Below are positions 14,301 through 29,900 of a stretch of 64,000 nt of DNA, in pieces. The notes below the pieces were generated by a model. The model ran no database searches, was not told the DNA's origin, and worked only from the letters and a program-made list of their open reading frames with translations. A program made the position numbers and the translations under genes. Position 1 is the stretch's first letter. Every line of letters starts with the position of its first letter. Source of the DNA: the human T2T-CHM13v2.0 reference genome, Homo sapiens; NCBI RefSeq assembly GCF_009914755.1, contig NC_060933.1. One strand, given 5' to 3'.

Positions 14301-17300
14301 CAACCCGAGTGCAATCGAATGGAATCGAATGGAATGGAATGCAATGGAATGGATTCAACTTGAATGGAATGGAAAGAATGGAATCAACACGAGTGGAAGG
14401 GCATGGATTGGAATGCAATGGAATGGAATCAACCCGAGTACAGGGGAATGGAATGGAATGGAATGCAATGGAATGGAATCATCCGTAATGGAATGGAAAG
14501 GAATGGAATGGAATGGAATGGAATGGAATGGAATGGAATCAACTCGATTGCAATTGAATGGAATGGAATGGAATTAACCCGAATAGAATAGAATGGAATG
14601 GAATGGAACGGAACGGAACGGAATGGAATGGAATGGAATGGAATGGAATGGAACGGAAAGGAAGGGAATGGAATGGAATAGAATGGAATGGAATGGAATC
14701 AACGCGAGTGCAGGGGAATGGAATGGAATGGAATGCAATGGAATGGAATCTTCCGGAATGGAATGGAATGGAATGGAATCAACCCGAGTGCAATGGAATG
14801 GAGTGGAATGGAATGGAATGGAATGGAACAACCCGAATGGAATGGAATGGAATGGAGAGTAAGGGAGTTGAATAGAATCAATCCGAATGTAATGGAATGG
14901 AATGGAACGGAATGGAATTGAATGGAATGGAATGGAATGCAATGGAATGGAATCAACCCGAGTGCAATGGAATGGAGAGGAATGGAATGGAATGGAATGG
15001 AAACTACCCGAATGGAATGGAATGTAATGGAGTGTAAGGGAATTGAATAGAATCAATCCGAATGTAATGGAATGGAACGGAACGGAATGGAATGGAATGG
15101 AATGGAATGGAATGGAATGCAATGGAATGGAATCAACCCGAGTGCAATCGAATGGAATCGAATGGAATGGAATGCAATGGAAAGGATTCAACTTGAATGG
15201 AATGGAAAGAATGGAATCAACACGAGTGGAATGGCATGGATTGGAATGGAATGGAATGGAATCAACCCGAGTACAGGGGAATGGAATGGAATGGAATGCA
15301 ATGGAATGGAATCATCCGTAATGGAATGGAAAGGAATGGAATGGAATGGAATGGAATGGAATGAAATGGAATGGAATGGAATCAACTCGATTGCAATCGA
15401 ATGGAATGGAATGGAATTAACCCGAATAGAATGGAATGGAATGGAATGGAACGAAACGGAATGGAATGGAATGGAATGGAATGGAATGGAACGGAACGGA
15501 ACGGAACGGAATGGAATGGAATGGAATGGAATGGAATGGAATGGAATGGAATCAACGCGAGTGCAGAGGAATGGAATGGAATGGAATGCAATGGAATGGA
15601 ATCTTCCGGAATAGAATGGAATGGAATGGAATGGAATGGAATGGAATGGAATGGAATGAAATGCAATGGATTCAACTCGATTGCAATGGAATGGAATAGA
15701 ATGGAATGGAATGGAATGGAATGGAATTAATCCGAATAGAATGGAATGGAATGGAATGGAATGGAATGGAATGGTACGGAATAGAATGGAATGGAACGAA
15801 TTGTAATGGAATGGAATTGAATGGAATGGAATGGAATGGAATGGAATCAACGCGAGTGCAGGGGAATGTAATGGAACGGAATGCAATGGAATGGAATCAT
15901 CCGGAATGGAATGGAATGGAATGGAATGGAATGGAATGGAATGCAATGGAATAGAATCAACCCGAGTACAATGGAATGGAATGGAATGGAATGGAATGGA
16001 ATGGAATGGAATGGTACGGAATAGAATGGAATGGAACGAAATGGAATGGAATGGAATGGAATGGAATGGAATGGAATGGAATCGTTCCGAGTGGAATAGG
16101 AGGGAATGTATTCGAGTGGAATGGAAAGGAATGGAATCAACCAGAGTGGAATGGAAGGGAATGGAATGGAATGGAAACTAATAGAATGGAATCAACCCGA
16201 GTGGAATGGAATGGAAAGGACTGGAATGGAATGGAATGGAAAGGAATCAACTCGATTGTAATGGAATGGAATGGAATGGAATGGAATGGAATGGAATGGA
16301 ATGGAATTAACCCGAATACAATGCAATGGAATGGAATAGAACGGAATGGAGGTGAATGGAATGGAGTCAACCCGAGTGCAGGGGAATGGAATGGAATGGA
16401 ATGCAATGGAATGGAATCATCCGGAATGGAATGGAATGGAATGGAATGCAAAGCAATGGAATCAACTCGACTGCAATGGAATGGAATGGAATGGAAAGGA
16501 ATACATTGGAATCAACCCGAGTGGAACGGAATGGAAAGGACTGGAATGGAGTGGAATGGAATGGCATGGAATGGAATGGAATCAACTCGATTGGAATGGA
16601 ATGTAATGGAATGGAATGGAATTAACCAGAATAGAATGGAATGGAATGGAATGGAACGGAACGGAATGGAATGGAATGGAATGGAATGGAATGGAATGGA
16701 ATGGAAACAACCCGACTGCAGGGGAATGGAATGGAATGGAATGCAATGGAATGGATTCAACTTGAATGGAATGGAAAGAATGGAATCAACACGAGTGGAA
16801 TGGCATGGATTGGAATGGAATGGAATGGAATCAACCCGAGTACAGGGGAATGGAATGGAATGGAATGCAATGGAATGGAATCATCCGTAATGGAATGGAA
16901 AGGAATGGAATGGAATGGAATGGAATGGAATGAACTCGATTGCAATCGAACGGAATGGAATGGAATTAACCCGAATAGAATGGAATGGAATGGAATGGAA
17001 CGGAACAGAACGGAATGGAATGGATTGGAATGGAATGGAATGGAGTGGAACGGAAAGGAATGTAATGGAATGGAATGGAATGGAATGGAATGGAATGGAA
17101 TCAACGCGAGTGCAGGGGAATGGAATGGAATGGAATGCAATGGAATGGAATCTTCCGGAATGGAATGGAATGGAATGGAAAGGAATGGAATGGAATGGAA
17201 TCAACCCGAGTGTAATGGAATGGAATGGAGTGGAATGGAATGGAATGGAATGGAACAACCCGAATGGAATGGAATGTAATGGAGTGTAAGGGAGTTGAAT

Positions 17301-20300
17301 AGAATCAATCCGAATGTAATGGAATGGAATGGAACGGAATGGAATTGAATGGAATGGAATGGAATGGAATGGAATGGAATCAACTCGATTGCAATTGAAT
17401 GGAATGGAATGGAATTAACCCGAATAGAATGGAATGGAATGGAATGGAACGGAACGGAATGGAATGGAATGGAATGGAATGGAATGGAATGGAACGGAAA
17501 GGAAGGGAATGGAATGGAATAGAATGGAATGGAATGGAATCAACGCGAGTGCAGGGGAATGGAATGGAATGGAATGCAATGGAATGGAATCTTCCGGAAT
17601 GGAATGGAATGGAATGGAATCAACCCGAGTGCAATGGAATGGAGTGGAATGGAATGGAATGGAATGGAACAACCCGAATGGAATGGAATGGAATGGAGAG
17701 TAAGGGAGTTGAATAGAATCAATCCGAATGTAATGGAATGGAATGGAACGGAATGGAATTGAATGGAATGGAATGGAATGCAATGGAATGGAATCAACCC
17801 GAGTGCAATGGAATGGAGAGGAATGGAATGGAATGGAATGGAAACTACCCGAATGGAATGGAATGTAATGGAGTGAAAGGGAATTGAATAGAATCAATCC
17901 GAATGTAATGGAATGGAACGGAACGGAATGGAATGGAATGGAATGGAATGGAATGCAATGGAATGGAATCAACCCGAGTGCAATCGAATGGAATCGAATG
18001 GAATGGAATGCAATGGAAAGGATTCAACTTGAATGGAATGGAAAGAATGGAATCAACACGAGTGGAATGGCATGGATTGGAATGGAATGGAATGGAATCA
18101 ACCCGAGTACAGGGGAATGGAATGGAATGGAATGCAATGGAATGGAATCATCCGTAATGGAATGGAAAGGAATGGAATGGAATGGAATGGAATGGAATGA
18201 AATGGAATGGAATGGAATCAACTCGATTGCAATCGAATGGAATGGAATGGAATTAACCCGAATAGAATGGAATGGAATGGAATGGAACGGAACGGAATGG
18301 AATGGAATGGAATGGAATGGAATGGAACGGAACGGAACGGAACGGAATGGAATGGAATGGAATGGAATGGAATGGAATGGAATGGAATCAACGCGAGTGC
18401 AGAGGAATGGAATGGAATGGAATGCAATGGAATGGAATCTTCCGGAATAGAATGGAATGGAATGGAATGGAATGGAATGGAATGGAATGAAATGCAATGG
18501 ATTCAACTCGATTGCAATGGAATGGAATAGAATGGAATGGAATGGAATGGAATGGAAATAATCCGAATAGAATGGAATGGAATGGAATGGAATGGAATGG
18601 AATGGAATGGTACGGAATAGAATGGAATGGAACGAATTGTAATGGAATGGAATTGAATGGAATGGAATGGAATGGAATGGAATCAACGCGAGTGCAGGGG
18701 AATGTAATGGAACGGAATGCAATGGAATGGAATCATCCGGAATGGAATGGAATGGAATGGAATGGAATGGAATGCAATGGAATAGAATCAACCCGAGTAC
18801 AATGGAATGGAATGGAATGGAATGGAATGGAATGGAATGGAATGGAATGGAATGGTACGGAATAGAATGGAATGGAACGAAATGGAATGGAATGGAATGG
18901 AATGGAATGGAATGGAATGGAATGGAATCGTTCCGAGTGGAATAGGAGGGAATGTATTCGAGTGGAATGGAAAGGAATGGAATCAACCAGAGTGGAATGG
19001 AAGGGAATGGAATGGAATGGAAATTAATAGAATGGAATCAACCCGAGTGGAATGGAATGGAAAGGACTGGAATGGAATGGAATGGAATGGAATCAACTCG
19101 ATTGTAATGGAATGGAATGGAATGGAATGGAATGGAATGGAATGGAATGGAATGGAATGGAATTAACCCGAATACAATGCAATGGAATGGAATGGAACGG
19201 AATGGAGGTGAATGGAATGGAGTCAACCCGAGTGCAGGGGAATGGAATGGAATGGAATGCAATGGAATGGAATCATCCGGAATGGAATGGAATGGAATGG
19301 AATGCAAAGCAATGGAATCAACTCGATTGCAATGGAATGGAATGGAATGGAAAGGAATACATTGGAATCAACCCGAGTGGAACGGAATGGAAAGGACTGG
19401 AATGGAGTGGAATGGAATGGCATGGAATGGAATGGAATCAACTCGATTGGAATGGAATGTAATGGAATGGAATGGAATTAACCAGAATAGAATGGAATGG
19501 AATGGAATGGAACGGAACGGAATGGAATGGAATGGAATGGAATGGAATGGAATGGAATGGAAACAACCCGACTGCAGGGGAATGGAATGGAATGGAATGC
19601 AATGGAATGGATTCAACTTGAATGGAATGGAAAGAATGGAATCAACACGAGTGGAATGGCATGGATTGGAATGGAATGGAATGGAATCAACCCGAGTACA
19701 GGGGAATGGAATGGAATGGAATGCAATGGAATGGAATCATCCGTAATGGAATGGAAAGGAATGGAATGGAATGGAATGGAATGGAATGAACTCGATTGCA
19801 ATCGAACGGAATGGAATGGAATTAACCCGAATAGAATGGAATGGAATGGAATGGAACGGAACAGAACGGAATGGAATGGATTGGATTGGAATGGAATGGA
19901 GTGGAACGGAAAGGAATGTAATGGAATGGAATGGAATGGAATGGAATGGAATGGAATCAACGCGAGTGCAGGGGAATGGAATGGAATGGAATGCAATGGA
20001 ATGGAATCTTCCGGAATGGAATGGAATGGAATGGAAATGAATGGAATGGAATGGAATCAACCCGAGTGTAATGGAATGGAATGGAGTGGAATGGAATGGA
20101 ATGGAATGGAACAACCCGAATGGAATGGAATGTAATGGAGAGTAAGGGAGTTGAATAGAATCAATCCGAATGTAATGGAATGGAATGGAACGGAATGGAA
20201 TTCAATGGAATGGAATGGAATGCAATGGAATGGAATCAACCCGAGTGCAATGGAATGGAGAGGAATGGAATGGAATGGAATGGAAACTACCCGAATGGAA

Positions 20301-20941
20301 TGGAATGTAATGGAGTGTAAGGGAATTGAATAGAATCAATCCGAATGTAATGGAATGGAATGGAAAGGAATGGAATGGAATGGAATGGAACGGAATGGAA
20401 TGGAATGGAATGGAATGGAATGGAATGGAATGCAATGGAATGGAATCAACCCGAGTGCAATCGAATGGAATCGAATGTAATGTAATGCAATCGAATGGAT
20501 TCAACTTGAATGGAATGGAAAGAATGGAATCAACACGAGTGGAATGGCATGGATTGGAATGGAATGGAATGGAATCAACCCGAGTACAGGGGAATGGAAT
20601 GGAATGGAATGCAATGGAATGGAATCATCCGTAATGGAATGGAAAGGAATGGAATGGAATGGAATGGAATGGAATCAACTCGATTACAATCGAATGGAAT
20701 GGAATGGAATTAACCCGAATAGAATGGAATGGAATGGAATGGAACGGAACGGAATGGAATGGAATGGAATGGAATGGAATGGAATGGAATCAACGCGAGT
20801 GCAGGGGAATGGAATGGAATGGAACGCAAAGGAATGGAATCTTCCGGAATGCAATGGAATGGAATGGAATGGAATGAAATGCAATGGATTCAACTCGATT
20901 GCAATGGAATGGAATAGAATGGAATGGAATGGAATGGAATG
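4789..20941 (+). repeat. 8064 bp direct tandem duplication (4789-12877 repeated at 12853-20941)
   Basis: ORF pairs keep a constant 8064 offset (4827/12891, 6052/14116, 9137/17201, 12262/20326, 12595/20659). Homology breaks at 4788/12852 and 12878/20942. One substitution was seen (10080 C vs 18144 G). Confidence 0.95.
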
Positions 20942-23900
20942 GAATTAACACAAATAGAATGGAATGGAATGGAATGGAATGGAATGGAACGGAAAGGAAT
21001 GGAATGGAATGGAATGGAATCAACCCAAGTGCAGGGGAAAGGAATGGAATGGAATTCAATGGAATGGAATCATCCGGAATGGAATGGAATGGAATGGAAC
21101 GGAACGGAACGGAACGGAACGGAATGGAATGGAATGGAATGGAATGGAATGGAATGGTATGGAATGGAATGGAATGGAATCAACTCGATTGTAATGGAAT
21201 GGAATGGAATGGAATGGAATGGAATTAACTCGAATACAATGTAATGGAATGGAATGGAACGGAATGGAGTGGAATGGAATGGAATCAGCCCGAGTGCAGG
21301 GGAATGGAATGGAATGGAATGCAATGGAATGGAATCATCCGGAATGGAATGGAATGGAATGGAATGCAAAACAATGGAATCAACTCGATTGCAATGGAAT
21401 GGAATGGAATGGAAATGAATAAAATGGAATCAACCCGAGTGGAATGGAATGGAAAGGACTGGAATGGAGTGGAAAGGAATGGAACGGAATGGAATGGAAT
21501 CAACTCGATTGGAATGGAGTGGAATGGAATTTGAATGGAATGGAATGGAATGGAATGGAATGGAATGGAATTAACCCGAATAGAATGGAATGGAATGGAA
21601 TGGAATGGAACGGTATGGAATGGAATGGAATGGAATGGAATAGAATGGAATGGAATCAACCCGACTGCACGGGAATGGAATGGAATGGAATGCAATGGAA
21701 TGGAATCATCCGGAATGGAATGGAAAGGAATGGAATGGAATGGAATGGTATTGAATGGAATGGAATGGAATCAACACGATTGCAATCGAATGGAATTGAA
21801 TGGAATTAACCCGAATGGAATGGAATGGAATGGAATGGAATGGAATTAACCCGATGCAATGGAATGGAATGGAATGGAATGGAAACATACCGAATGGAAT
21901 GGAATGTATTGGAGTGTAAGGGAATTGAATAGAATCAGTCCGAATGTAATGGAAGGGAATGGAATGAAATGGAATGGAATGGAATGGAATGGAATGGAAT
22001 GGAATCAAACCGAGTGCAATGGAATGGATTCGAATGGAATGGAATGGAATGGAATGGATTCAACAAGAATGGAATGGAAAGGAATGGTATCAACCCGACT
22101 GTAATGGCATGGAATGGAATGGAATGGAATGGGATGGAATGGAATGGTACGGAATAGAATGGAATGGAATGAAATGGAATGGAATGGAATGGAATGGAAT
22201 GGAATGGAATGGAATGAACCCGTGTGCAATGTAATGGAATGGAATGGAATGGAATGGATTCAACTCGAAAGGTATCAACTCGATTGCAATGGAATGGAAT
22301 GGAGTGGAAAGGAATAGAATGGAATCAACCCGAGTGGAATGGATTGGAAAGGACTGGAATGGAGTGGAATGGAATGGAATGGAATGGAATTAAATCGATT
22401 GGAATGGAATGGAATGGAATGGAATGGAATGAAATGGAATGGAATCAACTCGACTGCAATGGAATGGAATGGAATGGAAAGGAATAGAATGGAATCAACC
22501 CGAGTGGAATGGAATGGAAAGGACTGGAATGGACTGGAATGGAATGGAATGGAATGGAATCAAATCGATTGGAATGGAATGGAATGGAATGGAATGGAGT
22601 CGAATCAACTAGATTGCAATGGAATGGAATGGAATGGAATGGAATGGAATGGAATGGAATGGAATGGAATAGAATTTACCGGAATAGAATGGAATGGAAT
22701 GGAATGGAACGGAATGTAATGTAATGAAATGGAATGGAATCAACCCGAGTGCAGGGGAATGGAATGGAATGGAATGCCATGGAATGCAATCATCCGGAAT
22801 GGAATGGAATGGAATGGAATGGAATGGAATGGAATCAACTCGATTGCAATGGAGTGGAATGGAATGGAAAGGAAAGGAAGGGAATGGAATGGAATGTAAT
22901 CAACCCGAGTGCAGGGGAATGGAATGGAATGGAATGCAATGGAATGGAGTCATCCGGAATGGAATGGAATGGAATGGAATGCAATCAACCCGATGGAATG
23001 GAATGGAGTGGAATGCAATGGAATGGAATGGAAACATCCCGAATGGAATGTAATGTAATGGAGTGTAAAGGAATTGAATAGAATCAATCCGAATGTATTG
23101 GAGAGGAATGGAATGAAATGGAATGGAATGGAATGGAATGGAATGGAATGGAATCAACCGGAGTGCAATGGAATGGATTCGAATGGAATGGAATGGAATG
23201 GAATGGAATGGATTCAACAAGAATGGAATGGAAAGGAATGGAATCAACCAGAGTGTAATGGCATGGAATGGATTGGAATGGAATGGAATGGGATGGAATG
23301 GAATGGTACGGAATAGAATGGAATGGAATGAAATGGAATGGAATGGAATTTAATGGAATGGAATGGAATGAACCCGTGTGCAATGGAATGGAATGGAATG
23401 GAATGGAATGGATTCAACTCGAATGGAATCAACTCGATTGCAATGGAATGGAATGGAATGGAAAGGAATAGAATGGAATCAACCCGAGTGGAATGGAATG
23501 CAAAGGACTGGAATGGAGTGGAATGGAATGGAAGGGAATTAACCCGAATAGAATGGAATGGAATGGAATGGAACGGAATGTAATGGAATGGAATGGAATG
23601 GATTCAACCCGAGTGCAGGGGAATGGAATGGAATGGAATGCAATGGAATGGTATCATCCGGAATGGAATGGAATGGAATGGAATGGAATGGAATCAACTC
23701 GATTTCAATTGGAATGGAATGGAATAGAATGGAATGGAATTAACACGAATAGAATGGAATGGAATGGAATGGAATTGAATGGAACGGAGAGGAATGGAAT
23801 GGAAAGGAATGGAATCAACCCAAGTGCAGGGGAATGGAATGGAATGGAATTCAGTGGAATGGAATCATCCGGAATGGAATGGAATGGAATGGAATGGAAT

Positions 23901-26900
23901 GGAATGGAATGGAATTAACCCGAATGCAATGGAATGGAGAGGAATGGAATGGAATGGAATGGAAACTACCCGAATGGAATGGAATGTAATGGAGTGTAAG
24001 GGAATTGAGTAGAATCAATCCGAATGGAATGGAATGGAATGGAATGGAATGGAACGGAATGGAATGGAATGGAATGGAATGGAATGGAATGCAATGGAAT
24101 GGAATCAACACGAGTGCAATCGAATGGAATCGAACGGAATGGAATGCAATGGAATGGATTCAACTTGAATGGAATGGAAAGAATGGAATCAACACGAGTG
24201 GAATGGCATGGAATGGAATGGAATGGAATGGAATCAACCCGAGTACAGGGTAATGGAATGGAATGCAATGCAATGGAATGGAATCATCCGTAATGGAATG
24301 GAACGGAATGGAATGGAATGGAATGGAATGGAATGGAATGGAATGGAATGGAATCAACTCGATTGCAATCGAATGGAATGGAATGGAATTAACCCGAATA
24401 GAATGGAATGGAATGGAATGGAACGTAACGGAATGGAATGGAATGGAATGGAATGGAATGGAACGGAACGGAATGGAATGGAATGGGATGGAATGGAACG
24501 GAATCAACGCGAGTGCAGGGGAATGGAATGGAATGGAATGCAATGGAATGTAATCTTCCGGAATGGAATGGAATGGAATGGAATGAAATGCAATGGATTC
24601 AACTCGATTGCAATGGAATGGAATAGAATGGAATGGAATGGAATGGAATGGAATGGAATGGAATTAATACGAGTACAATGGAATGGAATGGAACGGAACG
24701 GAATGGAACGGAATGGAATGGAATGGAATGGAATGGAATGGAATGGTATGGAATGGAATGGAATGGAATCAACTCGATTTTAATGGAATGGAATGGAATG
24801 GAATGGAATGGAATGGAATGGAATGGAATGGAATTGACCCGAATACAATGGAATGGAATGGAATGGAACGGAATGGAGTGGAATGGAATGGAATCAACCT
24901 GAGTGAAGGGGAATGGAATGCAATGGAATGCAATGGAATGGAATCATCCGGAATGGAATGGAATGGAATGGAACGCAATGAAAACAATGGAATCAACTCG
25001 ATTGGAATGGAGTGGAATGGAATTTGAATGGAATGGAATGGAATGGAATGCAATGGAATGGAATGGAATTAACCCGAATAGAATGGAATGGAATGGAATG
25101 GAATGGAACGGAACGGAATGGAATGGAATGGAATGGAATGGAATCAACCCGACTACACGGGAATGGAATGGAATGGAATGCAATGGAATGGAATCATCCG
25201 GAACGGAATGGAATGGAATGGAATGGAATCAACTAGATTGCAATGGAATGGAATGGAATGGAATGGAATGGAATGGAGTGGAATGGAATGGGATTAACCC
25301 GAATAGAATGGAATGGAATGGAATGGAAAGGAATGGAAGGGAATGGAATGGAATGTAATGAACCCGAGTGCAGGGGAATGGGATGGAATTGAATGCAATG
25401 GAATGGAATCATCCGGAATGGAATGGAATGGAATGGAATGGAATCAACCCGATGCAATGGAATGGAATGGAATGGAATGGAATGGAATGGAATGGAATGG
25501 AATGGAAACATCCCGAATGGAATGGAATGTAATGGAGTGTAAGGGAATTGAATAGAATCAGTCTGAATGTAATGGAAGGGAATGGAATGAAATGGAATAG
25601 AATGGAATGGAATGGAATCAAACCGAGTGCAATGGAATGTATTCGAATGGAATGGAATGGAATGGAATGGATTCAACAAGAATGGAATGGAAAGGAATGG
25701 AATCAACCCGAGTGTAATGGCATGGAATGGAATGGAATGGAATGGGATGTAATGGAATGGTACGGAATAGAATGGAATGGAATGAAATGGAGTGGAATGG
25801 AGTGGAATGGAATGGAATGGAATGGAATGGAAAGAACCCGTGTGCAATGTAATGGAATGGAATGGAATGGAATGAATTCAACTCGAAAGGAATCAACTCG
25901 ATTGCAATGGAATGGAATGGAATGGAAAGGAATAGAATGGAATCAACCCCAGTGGAATGGAATGGAATGGAATGGGAAGGAATAGAATGGAATCAACCCG
26001 AGTGGAATGGAATGGAAAGGACTGGAATGGAGTGGAATGGAATGGAATGGAATGGAATCAAATCGATTGGAATGGAATGGAATGGAATGGAATGGAATAG
26101 AATGGAATGGAATCAACTCGATTGGAATGGAATGGAATTGAATGGAATGGAATGGAATTAACCTGAATAGAATGGAATGAAATGGAATGGAACGGAATGT
26201 AATGGAATGAAATGGAATGGAATCAATCCGAGTGCAGGGGAATGGAATGGAATGGAATGCAATGGAATGCAATCATCCGGAATGGAATGGAATGGAATGG
26301 AATGGAATCAACTCGATTGCAATGGAGTGGAATGGAATGGAAAGGAATGAAAGGGAATGGAATGGAATGTAATCAACCCGAGTGCAGGGGAATGGAATGG
26401 AATGGAATGCAATGGAATGGAATCATCCGGAATGGAATGGAATGGAATGGAATGCAATCAACCTGATGCAGTGGAATGGAGTGGAATGCAATGGAATGGA
26501 ATGGAATGGAATGGAACGGAACCGAACGGGATGGAATGGAATGGAATGGAATGGAATGGAATCAACGCGAGTGCAGGGGAATGGAATGGAATGGAATGCA
26601 ATGGAAAGGAATCTTCCAGAATGGAATGGAATGGAATGGAATGGAATGGAATGGAATGGAATGGAATCAACCCGAGTGCAACGGAATGGAGTGGAATGGA
26701 ATGGAATGGAATGGAATGGAAACATCGCGAATGGAATGGAATGTAATGGAGTGTAAGGGAATTGAATAGAATCAACCCGAATGTAATGGAATGGATTGGA
26801 ATGAAATGGAATGGAATGGAATGGAATGGAATCAACCCGAGTGCAATGGAATGGATTCGAAAGGAATGGAATGGAATGGAATGGATTCAACAAGAATGCA

Positions 26901-29900
26901 ATGCAAAGGAATGGAATCAACCCGAGTGTAATGGCATGGAATGGAATATAATGGAATGGAATGGGATGGAATGGAATGGAATGGAATATAATGGGATGGA
27001 ATGGAATGGTACGGAATAGAATGGAATGGAATGAAATGGAATGGAATGGAATTTAATGGAATGGAATGGAATGAACACGTGTGCAATGTAATGGAATGGA
27101 ATGGAATGGAATGGATTCAACTCGAATGGAATCAACTCGATTGCAATTTAATGGAATGGAATGGAAAGGAATAGAATGGAATCAACTCGAGTGGAATGGA
27201 ATGCAAAGCACTGGAATGGAGTGGAATGGAATGGAATGGAATTAACCCGAATAGAATGGAATGGAATGGAATGGAACGGAATGTAATGGAATGGAATGGA
27301 ATGGATTCAACCCGAGTGCAGGGGAATGGAATGGAATGGAATGAAATGGAATGGAATCATCCAGAATGGAATGGAATGGAATGGAATGGAATCAACTCGA
27401 TTTCAATGGAATGGAATGGAATAGAATGGAATGGCATTAACACGAATAGAATGGAATGGAATGGAATGGAATGGAATTATCCCGAATAGAACGGAATGGA
27501 ATGGAATGGAACGGAATGGAACGGAATGGAATGGAATGGAATGGAATGGAATGGAGTGGAATGGTATGGAATGGAATGGAATGGAATCAACTCGAGTGTA
27601 ATGGAATGGAATGGAATGGAATGGAATGGAATGGAATGGAATTAACCCGAATACAATGGAATGGAATAGAATGGAACGGAATGGAGTGGAATGGAATGGA
27701 ATCAACCTGAGTGCAGGGGAATGGAATGGAATGGAATGCAATGGAATGGAATCATCCGGAATGGAATGCAATGGAATGGAATGCAAAACAATGGAATCAA
27801 CTCGATTGCAATGGAATGGAATGGAATAGAAATGAATAGAATGGAATCAACCCGAGTGGAATGTAATGGAAAGGACTGGAATGGAGTGGAATGGAATGGA
27901 ACGGAATGGAATGGAATCAACTCGATTGGAATGGAGTGGAAAGGAATTTGAATGGAATGGAATGGAATGGAATGGAATGGAATGGAATGGAATTAACCCG
28001 AATAGAATGGAATGGAATGGAATGGAATGGAACGGAACAGAATGGAGTGGAATGGAATGGAATGGAATGGAATCAACCCGACTGCACGGGAATGGAATGG
28101 AATGGAATGCAATGGAATGGAATCATCTGGAACGGAATGGAATGGAATGGAATGGAATCAACTCGATTGGAATGGAATGGAATGGAATGGAATGGAATGG
28201 AATGGAATGGAGTGGAATGGAATGGAATTAACCCGAATAGAATGGAATGGAATGGAATGGAAAGGAATGGAAGGGAATGGAATGGAATGTAATGAACCCG
28301 AGTGCAGGGGAATGGAATGGAATTGAATGCAATGGAATGGAATTGAATGCAATGGAATGGAATCATCCGGAATGGAATGGAATGGAATGGAATGGAATGG
28401 AATGATCCCGATGCAATGGAATGGAATGGAATGGAATGGAATGGAATGGAAACATCCCGAATGGAATGGAATGTAATAGAGTGTAAGGGAATTGAATAGA
28501 ATCAGTCCGAATGAAATGGAAGGGAATGGAATGAAATGGAATGGAATGGAATGGAATGGAATCAAACCGAGTGCAATGGAATGGATTCGAATGGAATGGA
28601 ATGGATTCGAATATAATGGAATGGAATGGAATGGATTAAACAAGAATGGAATGGAAAGGAATGGAATCAACCCGAGTGTAATGGCATGGAATGGAATGGA
28701 ATGGAATGGGATGGAATGGAATGGTACGGAATAGAATGGAATGGAATGAAATGGAATGGAATGGAATGGAATGGAATGGAATGGAATGGAATGGGATGGA
28801 ATGTAATGGTACGGAATAGAATGGAATGGAATGAAATGGAATGGAATGGAATGGAATGGAATGGAATGGAACGGAATGGAATGGAATCAACTCGATTGCA
28901 ATGTAATGTAATGTAATGGAATGGAATGGAATTAACGCGAATAGAATGGAACAGATTGGAATGGAATGGAATGGAATGGAATCAATCTGAGTGCAGGGGA
29001 ATGGAATGGAATGGAATGCAATGGAATGGAATGGAATGCAATGCAATGGAATCAACTCGATTGCATTGGGATGGAATGGAATGGAATGGAATTAACCTGA
29101 ACAGAATGGAATGGAATGGAATGGAACGGAACGAAATGGAATGGAATGGAATGGAATGGAATGGAATGGAATGGAATGGAATGCAATGCAATGCAATGGA
29201 ATGGGATCAACCCGAGTGCAGGGGAATGGAATGGAATGAAATGCAATGGAATGGAGTCATCCGGAATGGAATGGAATGGAATGGAATGGAATGGAAAGGA
29301 ATCAATCAACCCGAGTGTAATAGAATGCAGTCGGAAGGAATGGAATTGAATGGAAAGTACCCGAATGGAATGGAATGAAATGGAGTGTAAGGGAATTAAA
29401 AAGAATCAATCCGAATGTAATGGAATGGAATGGAATGGAATGGAATGGAATGGAATGGATTGGAATGGAATGGAATGGAATGAAATGGAATGGCATGGAA
29501 TGGAAAGGAATCAACCCGAGTGCAATGGAATGGAATCGAATGGAATGGAATGGAATGGAATGGATTCAACCCGAATGGAATGGAAAGGAATGGAATAAAC
29601 CCGAGTGAAATGGCTTGGAAGGGAATGGAATGGAATGGAATGGTACAGAATAGAATGGAATGGAATGAAATGAAATGGAATGGAATGGAATTGAATGGAA
29701 TGGAATCGAATGGAATAGAATGGAATGAACACGTGTGAAATGGAATGGAATGGAATGGAATGGAATGGGTTCAACTCGAATAGAATGGAAAGGAATGGAA
29801 TCAACCCGAGTGGAATGGCATGGAACGGAATGAAATGGAATGGAATGGAATGGAATGGAATGAAATGGAATGGAATGGAAGGGAATGGAATGGAATGGAA

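Larger units (their letters stand above)
1..20941 (+). repeat. HSat3 domain 1: homogeneous higher-order array with ~2.85-3.06 kb units
   Basis: Landmark TCGTTCCGAGTGGAATAGGAGGGAATGTATTCGAGT starts at 2106, 4957, 8018, 10864, 13021, 16082 and 18928 (spacings 2851, 3061, 2846, 2157, 3061, 2846). Matching ORF translations recur at the same offsets. Confidence 0.9.
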
